DNA from: Candidatus Omnitrophota bacterium
GTDB lineage: Bacteria > Omnitrophota > Gorgyraeia > Gygaellales > JBFMHM01
Reading direction: 5' to 3'
Assembly (NCBI GenBank): GCA_040753015.1
Contig: JBFMHM010000007.1
Location: 2,076-66,075, forward strand
Length of the DNA stretch: 64,000 nucleotides
Within the stretch, counting starts at the first letter, position 1. Each line of letters starts with the position of its first letter. This document shows positions 47,462 to 57,195 of this stretch, piece after piece. A program made the translations under genes and the position numbers. The notes below the pieces were generated by a model. That model did no database searches. It saw only the letters and a program-made list of their open reading frames with translations, and had not been told where the DNA came from.

Positions 47462-47694
47462 ACAATTTTTTTAGAATCTATTATTTTTGCTAAATCACTG
47501 ACTGTTGCAGAACGGGGAATTTCGCGTGCAGTTAATTTTACATTAAATTTTTTCTCTAGAGCAATCGCAAGCTCAACCATTTCTGTTGAGTCCATAGAAA
47601 CATCTTCGTAAAGACGCGAATCTAAATTAATTTCATTTGGTTTTAGCTTTAATAAGTTTATTATAATTCCTCTAATTTCTTCAGCTACTGACAT
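47458..47694 (-). CDS. acpP: Acyl carrier protein
   Basis: 78 aa; phosphopantetheine-attachment site 'DVSMDSTEMVELA'. Confidence 0.8.
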   Translation of the reverse strand: MSVAEEIRGIIINLLKLKPNEINLDSRLYEDVSMDSTEMVELAIALEKKFNVKLTAREIPRSATVSDLAKIIDSKKIV

Positions 47695-47708
47695 ATTGCT
47701 CCTTTCTT

Positions 47709-48941
47709 TTAAACTTTTCCTAGCACTAATACTGCATTTATGCCGCCCCGGCCGCGCGAAATTATAAGTGCTTTATCTATCTTTGTTTCACGCGCCTGGT
47801 TAGGTACATAATCTAAATCACACTCTGGATCAGGCGTTTGATAATTTATTGTTGCAGGGGCTAAGTTATTTTGCATTGCTAATATTGTACTAATTGTATC
47901 GACTGCTCCTGACGCACCAAGCAGATTTCCAAACATTGCCTTTGGAGCACTCACGGGGATTTTTTTAGCTCTATCTTTAAATACTTTCTTAATTGCTCGT
48001 GTTTCAGAAATATCTGCTTCATAAGTTGCAGCACCATCTGCGCAAATATAGTCAATTTCATCTGGAGTTACATTTGCATCTTTTAAAGCAAGCTCAATTG
48101 CAGCAGCAAGGCCAGCACCATTAATATCTGGCTTAATCCTATCTACTCCATCACAATTAGTTGCAAAACCTAAAATTTTTGCATAAATTTGCGCGTTTCT
48201 CTTTTTGGCGCGTTCCAAACTCTCTAAGATTAATACGCCAGAACCTTCTCCAATTGCAAAACCGTTCCTATCTTTGTCAAATGGTTTATAGGCAGTTTGC
48301 GGGCTATCATTACCATCTGACAACACTCCTGAAGTATTACAGCATAAAAGAGCATAAGGAGTAACTGGCGCCTCCATACCGCCAGCCAAAATTAAATCAA
48401 GTTTATTTTGTTTCAAAACTTTTCTAGCATAACCTATTGCCTGTAGAGAACTTGCGCGATCGCTAACAACTGTTTTACTATAACCTTTAATTTCATAATA
48501 TATTGAGATTTGCCCTTGCGGCGCAGCAGGAAACCAAGCGCTTGCCATATAGGGGCTTACACCTTCACGGCCCTCTAGATAAAGATCTCGCAATTCAGTT
48601 TCTGCATAAAGCCATCCGCCGATAGCATTACCCATAAAAATTCCGGTCCTATCTTTATTCTCATTTTGCATATCAATATTTGCATCGGTTAAAGCAGCCT
48701 CCGAAGCAACTAAAGCCATATGAGAAAATAAATCAATTTTTTTAAGCAGGCGCTCGGATAAATGGGTATAAGTATCCATGCCTTTAACTACGCCGGCAAT
48801 ATGCGATCTATAAAGCGAAGCATCAAACCGTTCAATTTTTGATATGAAAGACCTGCCGAATTTTATATTTGCCCAAAATTGGCGCTTACCCACACCTGAT
48901 GGGCTTACTACACCTAAACCTGTAATAACAACTTCATTCAT
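47709..48941 (-). CDS. Ketosynthase-like protein lacking the catalytic Cys/His/His (chain-length-factor / KS-beta-like)
   Basis: Thiolase-fold KS homologue. At the active-site position it has 'VVSDRASSLQAIGYA' where the partner has 'ISTGCTAGSDSVGFS'. Its His positions read 'ICADGAATYEAD' and 'MFGNLLGASG' where the partner has 'NAHGSSTRQND' and 'MIGHPLAAAN'. Confidence 0.75.
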   Translation of the reverse strand: MNEVVITGLGVVSPSGVGKRQFWANIKFGRSFISKIERFDASLYRSHIAGVVKGMDTYTHLSERLLKKIDLFSHMALVASEAALTDANIDMQNENKDRTGIFMGNAIGGWLYAETELRDLYLEGREGVSPYMASAWFPAAPQGQISIYYEIKGYSKTVVSDRASSLQAIGYARKVLKQNKLDLILAGGMEAPVTPYALLCCNTSGVLSDGNDSPQTAYKPFDKDRNGFAIGEGSGVLILESLERAKKRNAQIYAKILGFATNCDGVDRIKPDINGAGLAAAIELALKDANVTPDEIDYICADGAATYEADISETRAIKKVFKDRAKKIPVSAPKAMFGNLLGASGAVDTISTILAMQNNLAPATINYQTPDPECDLDYVPNQARETKIDKALIISRGRGGINAVLVLGKV

Positions 48942-50197
48942 TCATATCTCCTTAAAACAAGCGATGAGTGGATCCCAGAAAACCCGCTGCTTGTTTTTAA
49001 AATTGTATTAACTTTTTTGGATATCGCAACATTCGGTATATAATTTAAATCGCATAGCGGATCCTTTACCTCTTGATTAATCGTCGGAGGGAGTATATTT
49101 CTTTCAAAAATTAAACAACAAATAACTAATTCGACTGCATTTGCTGCAGCAAGCGGATGGCCAATCATCGATTTAAAAGAACTTATTGGAAGTTTATAAG
49201 CATAGCTGCCCAAAACTGATTTATAAGCACTTGTTTCAAAAATATCATTTTGTCTGGTTGATGAGCCATGGGCATTAAGATAATCTATTTCTTCTGGTTT
49301 CACTTTAGCATCTTCCAAAGCAAGTTTCATACAATTTTCCATCGGCTTACCATCTTGTGGTAAATCAGTCATATGATATGCATTGCAAGTTGTACCAAAA
49401 CCTAAAATTTCAGCATATATATGTGCGCCGCGCGCTTTAGCGTGATTTAATTCTTCTAAAACCAAAATTCCACAACCTTCACTTAAAACAAAGCCGTCTC
49501 TTTCTCCGTCAAACGGACGAGATGCTTTTTTGGGAGCACTATTTCTAACTGATAAAACGCTGATTACATCAAACGCGCCAAATGTAATCGGGGTGATGGG
49601 CGCTTCACTTGCCCCAGCAATCATAATATCTGCTTCATTATTTTGAATTGTCTCAAAAGAGAACCCTACGGAATCGCTTCCAGCAGTACATCCTGTTGAA
49701 ATCGTAGTACAAATTCCTTTTAGGCCATACCTACCCGAAATTTCCGAAGACGGCGTGTTAAACATTGCTGCGTCATATAAATCAGGCCTTGCCTTAGATG
49801 GATCAATTGCATCAACGCCATTATTTGTAACACGTAAAAATTCTTCTTCCATATACTTTGTACCACAGATAGCATTAGCTAAAGCAACACCTATTCTTGT
49901 TTTATCTATCTTATTAAAATCAATTTTAGAATCAATTAACGCTTCTTTTGCACTAACAACAGCAAACTGAACATATCTATCCATACGGTTAATCTCATCA
50001 TTGGTCAATCCTAATTCCTTTGGATTAAAATCGAACGCTTGAGCTGCAATCTTTGTGTTAAATTTAGATACATCAAAATTTGTTACTAGATCTACTGCTG
50101 AAACTCCTCCTGACATTCCCTTCCAAGCGTTTTCGCGGCCAATACCGTTTGGTGAAACTACACCTATGCCCGTAATAACAACACGACGTTTAGACAT
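48938..50197 (-). CDS. Beta-ketoacyl-ACP synthase (KS-alpha type, catalytic)
   Basis: Active-site Cys 'STGCTAGSD' and His motifs 'AHGSST' / 'GHPLAAA'. It overlaps the downstream CLF-like gene by 4 nt. Confidence 0.85.
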   Translation of the reverse strand: MSKRRVVITGIGVVSPNGIGRENAWKGMSGGVSAVDLVTNFDVSKFNTKIAAQAFDFNPKELGLTNDEINRMDRYVQFAVVSAKEALIDSKIDFNKIDKTRIGVALANAICGTKYMEEEFLRVTNNGVDAIDPSKARPDLYDAAMFNTPSSEISGRYGLKGICTTISTGCTAGSDSVGFSFETIQNNEADIMIAGASEAPITPITFGAFDVISVLSVRNSAPKKASRPFDGERDGFVLSEGCGILVLEELNHAKARGAHIYAEILGFGTTCNAYHMTDLPQDGKPMENCMKLALEDAKVKPEEIDYLNAHGSSTRQNDIFETSAYKSVLGSYAYKLPISSFKSMIGHPLAAANAVELVICCLIFERNILPPTINQEVKDPLCDLNYIPNVAISKKVNTILKTSSGFSGIHSSLVLRRYE

Positions 50198-50214
50198 TTA
50201 TAAAAAACCTCCAA

Positions 50215-50784
50215 TTATTCTTTTCTCTTTACTCTAAATACAATATTGCCACCATCCGGGCAAGTTACCGTATCGACGCTATTTGGGCTAGACATAAAAT
50301 GAAATTCCGCTCCAAAGTTAAGCGCAAACATTGCCGGAAATGCGGTGTGAAATGCTGCACCACAAAATCCAGGGATACATTTTAGGCCTTTAGTTTCCCA
50401 TTTATCACCCATCTTGTAACCAAACACACATTTACCTTCTTTAACAACCTCAATAATCATATCCTTTGGATTTGGAGCGTGATATTCTGAATCTTTAGGA
50501 ATAATCTCGACATTCCCATTATCATCTAAAACCTCGATTTTAAATTCGAGTTTTCCTCCATCAGGGCAGGTTGTTAAAATTGAGCGTTGATTATCCCGAA
50601 ATGGAAATTTTGCACCAAAAGTCAAAGCATAAGCACAAGGAAATATTGAATGCATTGCCCCAAGGCAGAAGTGCTTTGGCGCATGTGTAAAATCTTCTAG
50701 AATAAACTCATCGCCGACTTCATAATTATGATAGCAATATTCATTCTTCTTATTTACAGTTAATTTAAGTTTAGGAAATTTCAT
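50215..50784 (-). CDS. Tandem-duplicated small Cys/His-rich protein (two ~90-aa halves), TIGR04076-like
   Basis: First half: 'APKHFCLGAMHSIFPCAYALTFGAKFPF...TCPDGGKLEFKIE'. Second half: 'GLKCIPGFCGAAFHTAFPAMFALNFGAEFHF...TCPDGGNIVFRVK'. Confidence 0.5.
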   Translation of the reverse strand: MKFPKLKLTVNKKNEYCYHNYEVGDEFILEDFTHAPKHFCLGAMHSIFPCAYALTFGAKFPFRDNQRSILTTCPDGGKLEFKIEVLDDNGNVEIIPKDSEYHAPNPKDMIIEVVKEGKCVFGYKMGDKWETKGLKCIPGFCGAAFHTAFPAMFALNFGAEFHFMSSPNSVDTVTCPDGGNIVFRVKRKE

Positions 50785-51787
50785 CCTGTTCCTCTTTAAA
50801 TATTTCTTTTAAGTCTTTTTCATTAAAGAATTTTCCGGAATTCTCAACATTATGAACAAGTTTAACTATTTTTTTATTTAAAGGTGCGTTGAGATTTAAG
50901 CCATCAGCCAAACTAACTATCTCACCATTAATATAATCAATTTCTGACGGGCGGCGGCGCTTTATACTCTGTAGAATTGAACCGTATACGGGTTCTTTAC
51001 TTAAATTTACCATCATACTAGAGAAAATTTTAGCAGCTTCATCTTCACTAACAGTAATCAACCTTAAAAATCTTTCTTTAGGAAATTTAGGTAAAGATAC
51101 GAGCATTGCTCCACTTGCCTCTATGATATCAATACCTTCTCGAATTAAATTAATCGCAATCTTACATATATCTAGATCGCTGAATACTTCCTGCATACTC
51201 TTACCTAGAATTGCCGGAATGCAATTATTGAAATTTATAAAAAGTTTAGTCCATTTCATCCCGATTATTTCTTGAGTAATATATAGTTCGAAAGCTCCTT
51301 CTGCCGCCTGCCTTATTTTTTCTAAATTCTCAATTTTGCCTTCTTTAAACGGCAGGCCAATAATCCATTCCCCTTCAAAATTATGAATAACGCGGCCTTC
51401 TTCAATACAAGTTGAGCCAAACATAACAATACTTGAAACTATATTCTTTTTATCCACAAACAAAGAAGTAATTACATCAGACGATACACCATTTTGTATG
51501 GTTAAAATTACTGTGTCCTTTAAAAAATCTGCATTTGTTATAAGTGCTTCTTTTAAATCTTGCGTTTTAGTAGCAAGGACTATCAAATCTTTCTTTTCAT
51601 TTAGTTTGATATCGGCATCAAGAAAAATATTTTTTCGTCCGCGCACACCCTCAATAATTAAACCGTTATTTTTTATTGCCTGAATATTTTTGGGGCGGCC
51701 AACCAAAGATACATCATGACCTTTTTCTTTTAAATAACCACCGACTAAAGCCCCAATTGCGCCTGCACCGATTACACCAATTTTCAT
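50771..51787 (-). CDS. 2-dehydropantoate 2-reductase (PanE/ApbA) family NAD(P)-dependent oxidoreductase
   Basis: N-terminal Rossmann 'MKIGVIGAGAIGALVGGYL' and an ApbA_C domain. Confidence 0.7.
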   Translation of the reverse strand: MKIGVIGAGAIGALVGGYLKEKGHDVSLVGRPKNIQAIKNNGLIIEGVRGRKNIFLDADIKLNEKKDLIVLATKTQDLKEALITNADFLKDTVILTIQNGVSSDVITSLFVDKKNIVSSIVMFGSTCIEEGRVIHNFEGEWIIGLPFKEGKIENLEKIRQAAEGAFELYITQEIIGMKWTKLFINFNNCIPAILGKSMQEVFSDLDICKIAINLIREGIDIIEASGAMLVSLPKFPKERFLRLITVSEDEAAKIFSSMMVNLSKEPVYGSILQSIKRRRPSEIDYINGEIVSLADGLNLNAPLNKKIVKLVHNVENSGKFFNEKDLKEIFKEEQDEIS

Positions 51788-52086
51788 TTACTTATTCCAA
51801 ACCCATATTTTTTATAATCGAATCCTGCTTCTTCCATCACTTTTATCATCATTGCCTCAAACGGCTTTGGCACATCATTAAAAAAGGCCTTTACAACATC
51901 TTGTTCTTCTACTATGGAAGAATTTCTCTCTTGCGCAAGCTTAATCGCCTTCCCAGAAACAAGGCTTTCGGCAACCTTACGATGAAACAGAGGCATCTTA
52001 CTAATCATTAAATCAAATTTTCTCTTTGTAACTTCATCCCAGGTAATATCAGACATATAATTCTCCTTTTGTTGCAGATGCCTCAA
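51784..52086 (-). CDS. Small hypothetical protein (100 aa), possibly a PCP_red-like domain as found at the C-terminus of B12-rSAM BchE-type enzymes
   Basis: The ORF overlaps both neighbours (translational coupling). The family assignment is tentative. Confidence 0.35.
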   Translation of the reverse strand: MRHLQQKENYMSDITWDEVTKRKFDLMISKMPLFHRKVAESLVSGKAIKLAQERNSSIVEEQDVVKAFFNDVPKPFEAMMIKVMEEAGFDYKKYGFGISK

Positions 52087-53515
52087 ACTTAGAGATATTA
52101 TTCATAAAATCTTTAACGCAAAGTTTTACAAGATCAGAATAATTACTCTCCATAATTCTATGTATCCTAGAGGCTTTAGAGAAAAATTCTCTCATACACC
52201 AAGCACCTAACCTGCCAAGCTCTTCAACAGACAAATGATTTGTTGGAATTACCGGATGTAAGAAATCCCAAGTTTTTAAATCAATTTTTTGGGGATCAAA
52301 TAATTTTTGTTTTAACGCCTTCTTCCAAACAGGTGATCCGGGAACAGGTGTTACAAAATCAATTGCTAAAATATCCGGGTCAGCTTCTTCAGCAAAATTA
52401 AACCTATCTTTAATGCGCGCCTCGCTATCATCTTCAAGACCAATTAATATTGTACCAACAGTTGCAATATCGTTTTTACGTAGCTCTTCGATTGTTTGTT
52501 TGATTTGATTAACTGTAATACCTTTGCCGATACGTTTAAGCTCGTCATCACTAGAAACCTCAATACCAACCAACCCCATAAAAAGCCCAGCTTTTTTCAT
52601 TAAACCAAATATATCAATTTGTTTTACCCAATCATCGGCACGGCCTAAAATTACCCATTTAATTGCCAGCCTACGGCGCAAAATTTCATTGCAAGTCTCA
52701 ATAACCATATTTTTATCGACGTTAAAAGCATCGTCCTGAAATACTACAACTTTTATACCAAATTCTTTTTCTAAATATTCCAACTCATCTACGATCTTAT
52801 TACCTTTTTTCGAACGCCAAGAAAGAAAATCGCGAGGAGATCTTGGGTCATACTGTGACCATTCGTAACAAAATGAGCACCCGCCAGGGCAACCCCTTGA
52901 CGTAGAAAGCTCTGCAAATGGCTTCCAATAAGTATGCCCCACATATTTATCCATAGGAAATAAATCATATGCTGGCATAGGTAAAATATTTATATCTCTA
53001 ATTAACTCTCTATGTTTTCCAGCTATAATTTGATTGCCCTTACGAGATGCTAAACCATTAATACCTGAAAAATCTGTCTTTTTATCTTCTAATGCCTTAA
53101 CTAATTCTTCTAATGTAAGTTCTGCCTCTCCAATCATAACAAAATCTATATAAGAATGGCCTTCTAAAGTTTCTTTATAAATAGATGAATACCATAGGCC
53201 ACCAACAGCAATTTTAATATTCGGCATCATCCCTTTTATTGCCTTTGCAATTTCATTAAAATGCCAAATAACCGCAAGCCCGCCAGTCGAATGCAAAATC
53301 TCACCCAGCACAACTAAATCTGGATTATAATTTTTTACTTTTTCTAAAATTTGATCTTTACTAAGATTATCTGCCCGGCCGTCAATAACGCTAACCTCGC
53401 TAATTTTTTTCTCTCTTAAATATGCTGCAAGCTGTGCATAATATTGATTAGGTGCGCGATGTTCACCATGAGTTGCCCAAGCCCCAATGTTTGGCATAAC
53501 AAATAAAACTTTCAT
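52049..53515 (-). CDS. B12-binding radical SAM enzyme no. 2 (488 aa)
   Basis: 'STSRGCPGGCSFCYEW' CxxxCxxC and an N-terminal B12-binding-like domain. It is paralogous to 41891..43336. Confidence 0.8.
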   Translation of the reverse strand: MKVLFVMPNIGAWATHGEHRAPNQYYAQLAAYLREKKISEVSVIDGRADNLSKDQILEKVKNYNPDLVVLGEILHSTGGLAVIWHFNEIAKAIKGMMPNIKIAVGGLWYSSIYKETLEGHSYIDFVMIGEAELTLEELVKALEDKKTDFSGINGLASRKGNQIIAGKHRELIRDINILPMPAYDLFPMDKYVGHTYWKPFAELSTSRGCPGGCSFCYEWSQYDPRSPRDFLSWRSKKGNKIVDELEYLEKEFGIKVVVFQDDAFNVDKNMVIETCNEILRRRLAIKWVILGRADDWVKQIDIFGLMKKAGLFMGLVGIEVSSDDELKRIGKGITVNQIKQTIEELRKNDIATVGTILIGLEDDSEARIKDRFNFAEEADPDILAIDFVTPVPGSPVWKKALKQKLFDPQKIDLKTWDFLHPVIPTNHLSVEELGRLGAWCMREFFSKASRIHRIMESNYSDLVKLCVKDFMNNISKFEASATKGELYV

Positions 53516-53519
53516 TCTA

Positions 53520-54992
53520 TTATCCTCCGAACCAGCTTGACACTAATGATTTTCCACCACTAGTTAGATCAATATTAATATGTTTAGTTTGTGTATATTC
53601 CAACAAACCATCTCTACCTAATTCACGGCCAATACCACTTTGTTTATAACCACCAAAAGGCGTTTGATTAAAAAACATTCCATAGGTATTAACCCAAACC
53701 GTGCCACTACGTAATTTCTTGCTCACAATATTTGCACGCAATAAATCTTTTGTCCAAATCATTGCTGCAAGGCCATAGATAGTGTCGTTAGCGATTTCAA
53801 TTGCCTCATCTTCCGAAGAAAACTTAATTATTGATAACACGGGCCCAAAAATTTCCTCACGGGCAATGCGCATATTATTTTTTACATTATCAAAAATTGT
53901 CGGGGCTAAAAAATAACCCTTATTAAAATCTTTTGGAATATTTCCGCCGCACAAAAGCCGCGCTTCTTTCTTGCCTATCTCTATATAATCTAAAACTCTC
54001 TGCCTCTGCTGTTTTGAAACTAGCGGGCCAATATCGCTAGAGTAATCTAAAGCTGGGCCAAGTTTTAATTTCTTGGTTTTTTCAATAAGTAATTCAATAA
54101 ATTTATCGTAAATTGTATCTTGTAATAAAAGCCGCGAGCCAGCAACACACATTTGCCCCTGATTCATAAAAATTGCTGACATTGTTCCACCTACAGCTGC
54201 CTCTAAATCGCAATCATCAAATACAATGTTGGGAGATTTTCCACCTAATTCTAAAAATACTTTTTTTACATTGTTTGAAGCAAGGCTCATTACTTCTTTA
54301 CCTACCTCAGTTGAACCAGTAAAAGCAACCATATCAACGCTAGTATTCTGCGCTAATTCTTTTCCGATTTCTGCGCCGCTACCAGTTACAATATTAAACA
54401 CGCCTTTTGGTAAACCGGCTTTATCAATTATTTTTGCAAGTTCAAGACTGGTTAGACTTGCCAATTGTGACGGTTTAAAAACAATCGTATTTCCACAAGC
54501 AAGCGCTGGAGCAATTTTCCAAGCTGCCATAATTAAAGGATAATTCCACGGTGTAATTGAAGCAATAACTCCAAGCGGTTCTCTGACAACTGTACTCTGC
54601 CCACCAAATGGGACAGAAACTTGCTCGCCTTTTAACTCCGATTCAACTTTAGAAAAATAATCAAAACATTCTGCAGCCGTTGGCACATCGATAAATGTAG
54701 TTTGTTTAATTGTTTTTCCGGTATCGCGCGCCTCAAGCTCAGCTAACTTTTGTGCATTTTCTAAAATTCCTTCAGAAATCTTTTTTAAATATTCGGCGCG
54801 CTCGCTAAATGCTAAATTCGACCAATCACCTTTATCAAAAGTAGTCCTTGCAAAAGAAATCGCCTGCTTAACTAAATTATTGTCGGCCTTTGGAATTTCG
54901 GCAATAACTTCTTCAGTGGATGGATCGATCGAAGAAATCACTTCTTTCGTATCTAACCAATTACCATTAATATATAGTTGATATTTTTTCAT
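53520..54992 (-). CDS. NAD(P)-dependent aldehyde dehydrogenase
   Basis: 'FTGSTEVGK', 'ELGGKSP' and catalytic Cys 'GQMCVAGSR'. Confidence 0.9.
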   Translation of the reverse strand: MKKYQLYINGNWLDTKEVISSIDPSTEEVIAEIPKADNNLVKQAISFARTTFDKGDWSNLAFSERAEYLKKISEGILENAQKLAELEARDTGKTIKQTTFIDVPTAAECFDYFSKVESELKGEQVSVPFGGQSTVVREPLGVIASITPWNYPLIMAAWKIAPALACGNTIVFKPSQLASLTSLELAKIIDKAGLPKGVFNIVTGSGAEIGKELAQNTSVDMVAFTGSTEVGKEVMSLASNNVKKVFLELGGKSPNIVFDDCDLEAAVGGTMSAIFMNQGQMCVAGSRLLLQDTIYDKFIELLIEKTKKLKLGPALDYSSDIGPLVSKQQRQRVLDYIEIGKKEARLLCGGNIPKDFNKGYFLAPTIFDNVKNNMRIAREEIFGPVLSIIKFSSEDEAIEIANDTIYGLAAMIWTKDLLRANIVSKKLRSGTVWVNTYGMFFNQTPFGGYKQSGIGRELGRDGLLEYTQTKHINIDLTSGGKSLVSSWFGG

Positions 54993-55059
54993 ATATAATT
55001 ATCTATAACAAGCAAACAATATTTTGAACTATTTATGATTTTAGTAAAAAATTATCGTT

Positions 55060-55095
55060 AAAAAAATCGCTGACTCCGAAGGCTAGGAAGCGGTT
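55060..55095 (-). terminator. Rho-independent-terminator-like hairpin plus T-run downstream of the aldolase gene
   Basis: Minus strand reads CGCUuccuagccuucggagucAGCG followed by UUUUUUU. Confidence 0.4.
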
Positions 55096-55171
55096 TTTAG
55101 ATAATTTTTTATGTTCCCGTAAGGGAAAAATCATACTATAGTGAAAAATATTGGTTTGCTTGGCTATCATT

Positions 55172-56146
55172 TTATTCTACCGGTACATTTTGCCACAACT
55201 CAAAAAGCCTGGCAAACTGAGCATACCAACGCGATATCTTGGCAAAGTCACCTTGTAATTTTAATTTTTTCTGGGTAGTTGCAACAAACGGGTCAAGCTC
55301 TCTGTTAAAAATCATCTTCCAGTAGCTCTTTGGCCCAGAAATTAAAAATTCTACTTTTTCATCATCGCCGACATTTATAATTTTTCCCTCTCTAAACTCA
55401 AAACTATAAACTTTATTATCTTCGTCTAATTTTACAGCTAAATTTAAAGTTAAATTTGTGCGCTTGCCTTCAGACTGAAATTTATCATCGGTATTTACCA
55501 AACGGACAATTTCATCAATCTGCTCTTTCGAAAAAAGTTCATATCTTTTCGTTGAGATATTTTTTTGCACAGTTTCTTTTGCTTGTCCTTGATTAGAATA
55601 TAATTTTTTAATTATATCCATTTCAACCATTTCATCTAAAATTTGGATTAGATAAAAAGCATCTTTTAAAGTTTTACCGATTGCCACAACTCCATGATTT
55701 TTTAAAACAACAATATTGCTTTTTTTAAGCGCCTCGATTACTGGATTAATATCGCTAACTGTTGGCGTAAGCTGTTCAATTACCGGAACATCGCCAACAT
55801 AAAGTTTTGTTTCAAAAGTAAGTGGGGTAATTTTGTCATTTACGCTAAAATACGCCACAACTTTTGGCGAATGCGAATGCACAACGCAATTTGTATCAAT
55901 ATTTTTATAAATACCTAAATGCAGCGACAATTCTGATGTAGGATTTTTTTTACCATCGAGCAATTCTCCGGAGAGATTAATTTTTGCAATATCATTATCG
56001 AATAACTCACCCAAAGAACTATCGTGCGTAGTAATAAATACACTATCATTATCTTTAGCGCTGATATTTCCCGAGCGACCACAGACAAGATTCTTGCCCC
56101 ACAATAAGCTACCGATTCGTATTATATTTTGCTTGATATCGTCCAT
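55172..56146 (-). CDS. Class II (FucA/MtnB-type) aldolase fused to a C-terminal SCP2-like domain
   Basis: N-terminal domain has 'GNISAKD' and 'VVHSHSP' Zn-ligand histidines. The last ~110 aa look SCP2-like ('LAVKLDEDNKVYSFEFREGKI...KLKLQGDFAKI'). Confidence 0.7.
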   Translation of the reverse strand: MDDIKQNIIRIGSLLWGKNLVCGRSGNISAKDNDSVFITTHDSSLGELFDNDIAKINLSGELLDGKKNPTSELSLHLGIYKNIDTNCVVHSHSPKVVAYFSVNDKITPLTFETKLYVGDVPVIEQLTPTVSDINPVIEALKKSNIVVLKNHGVVAIGKTLKDAFYLIQILDEMVEMDIIKKLYSNQGQAKETVQKNISTKRYELFSKEQIDEIVRLVNTDDKFQSEGKRTNLTLNLAVKLDEDNKVYSFEFREGKIINVGDDEKVEFLISGPKSYWKMIFNRELDPFVATTQKKLKLQGDFAKISRWYAQFARLFELWQNVPVE

Positions 56147-56149
56147 ATA

Positions 56150-56268
56150 GTTTTAAATCCCAATTATCCAATGCCCAATGACAAATTAATTCCCAATTCA
56201 CCAATTACCAATTGAATAATTGGACATTGGTCATTTATTTGACATTGGGATTTGGTCATTGGTCATTT
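56150..56268. repeat. CCAAT/ATTGG-rich imperfect palindrome (~120 bp)
   Basis: Left arm 'cccaattatccaatgcccaatgacaaat...ccaattcaccaattaccaattg'. Right arm 'caattggacattggtcatttatttgacattgggatttggtcattggtcatt'. Confidence 0.6.
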
Positions 56269-56271
56269 TGT

Positions 56272-57195
56272 TTATATCAATACTGCCTTTGTTACTAATT
56301 CCCTTGGCGTTACGTCAAATCCCGGATAATACGCCTTAATTCCCTTTGGTGCAATGCGAATATTTTTTATTTTTGTAATCTCTTCGCCACTTCTAATTTC
56401 AATTGGAATATCCTTGCCTGTTTTTATATTAGGGCTTGGATGTTGTGTTAATACATAAAAAGGAATATTAAAATATTTTGCTAAAATTGCAATTTGAAAT
56501 GTTCCAATTTTATTTGCAAAATCACCGTTCATTGCCGAGCGGTCAGAGCCAACCACAACCATATTTACTAAACCCTTTTCCATAACATGCGCCACGGCAT
56601 TATCCGTAATTAAAGTTACATCAAAACCAGCACGCGCCAGTTCCCACGCAGTTAAACGTGCACCTTGAAAATATGGCCGGGTTTCTGTTGCGATAAACTT
56701 AACTTTTTTACCCGCTTTTTTGCAAAAATTTGCCGCCTCAACTAATTCACCGCTAACATTACAATGTGTTAATACAGTTGCTCCATCGGGAATAAAAGAA
56801 GCAAGCGTATTTGCACGTGTTAAACGTTTATTTTTTATATCAATAAGCATTCCCTCAATACTTCTTGTCAAATCTTTACCTTCAGCGTGCCACTTTAAAA
56901 ATAGAGATGTAATGTCACTAAAAGGAAATGTTGGCCGCGATTTATTTAAAGCTACAGCAACTTTTTTTAAATGTTCTGTGCTACTATCTTTTTTAAATTC
57001 AAGTAAAAATGTATATAACACGCACAAATATTGGCCAAAGGCGCGCGTCTTCATTGTCTTAATTGCACGCACAACATCCAAATAATTCTTTGCCTTAATA
57101 TATTTAACTTTATTTGGAATTAAAGTTTCATCGAGAATATAGAGTGCATTCCCTTTTAAACTAACCGGCCAAAAAAGCGGTGAGTGTTTTGTCAT
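56272..57195 (-). CDS. mtnA: MtnA/eIF-2B-family sugar-1-phosphate isomerase (5-methylthio- or 5-deoxy-ribose-1-phosphate isomerase)
   Basis: 'LTHCNVSGEL', 'TETRPYFQGARLTAWEL', 'VVGSDRSAMNGDFANKIGT' and 'IPFYV'. Confidence 0.8.
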   Translation of the reverse strand: MTKHSPLFWPVSLKGNALYILDETLIPNKVKYIKAKNYLDVVRAIKTMKTRAFGQYLCVLYTFLLEFKKDSSTEHLKKVAVALNKSRPTFPFSDITSLFLKWHAEGKDLTRSIEGMLIDIKNKRLTRANTLASFIPDGATVLTHCNVSGELVEAANFCKKAGKKVKFIATETRPYFQGARLTAWELARAGFDVTLITDNAVAHVMEKGLVNMVVVGSDRSAMNGDFANKIGTFQIAILAKYFNIPFYVLTQHPSPNIKTGKDIPIEIRSGEEITKIKNIRIAPKGIKAYYPGFDVTPRELVTKAVLI

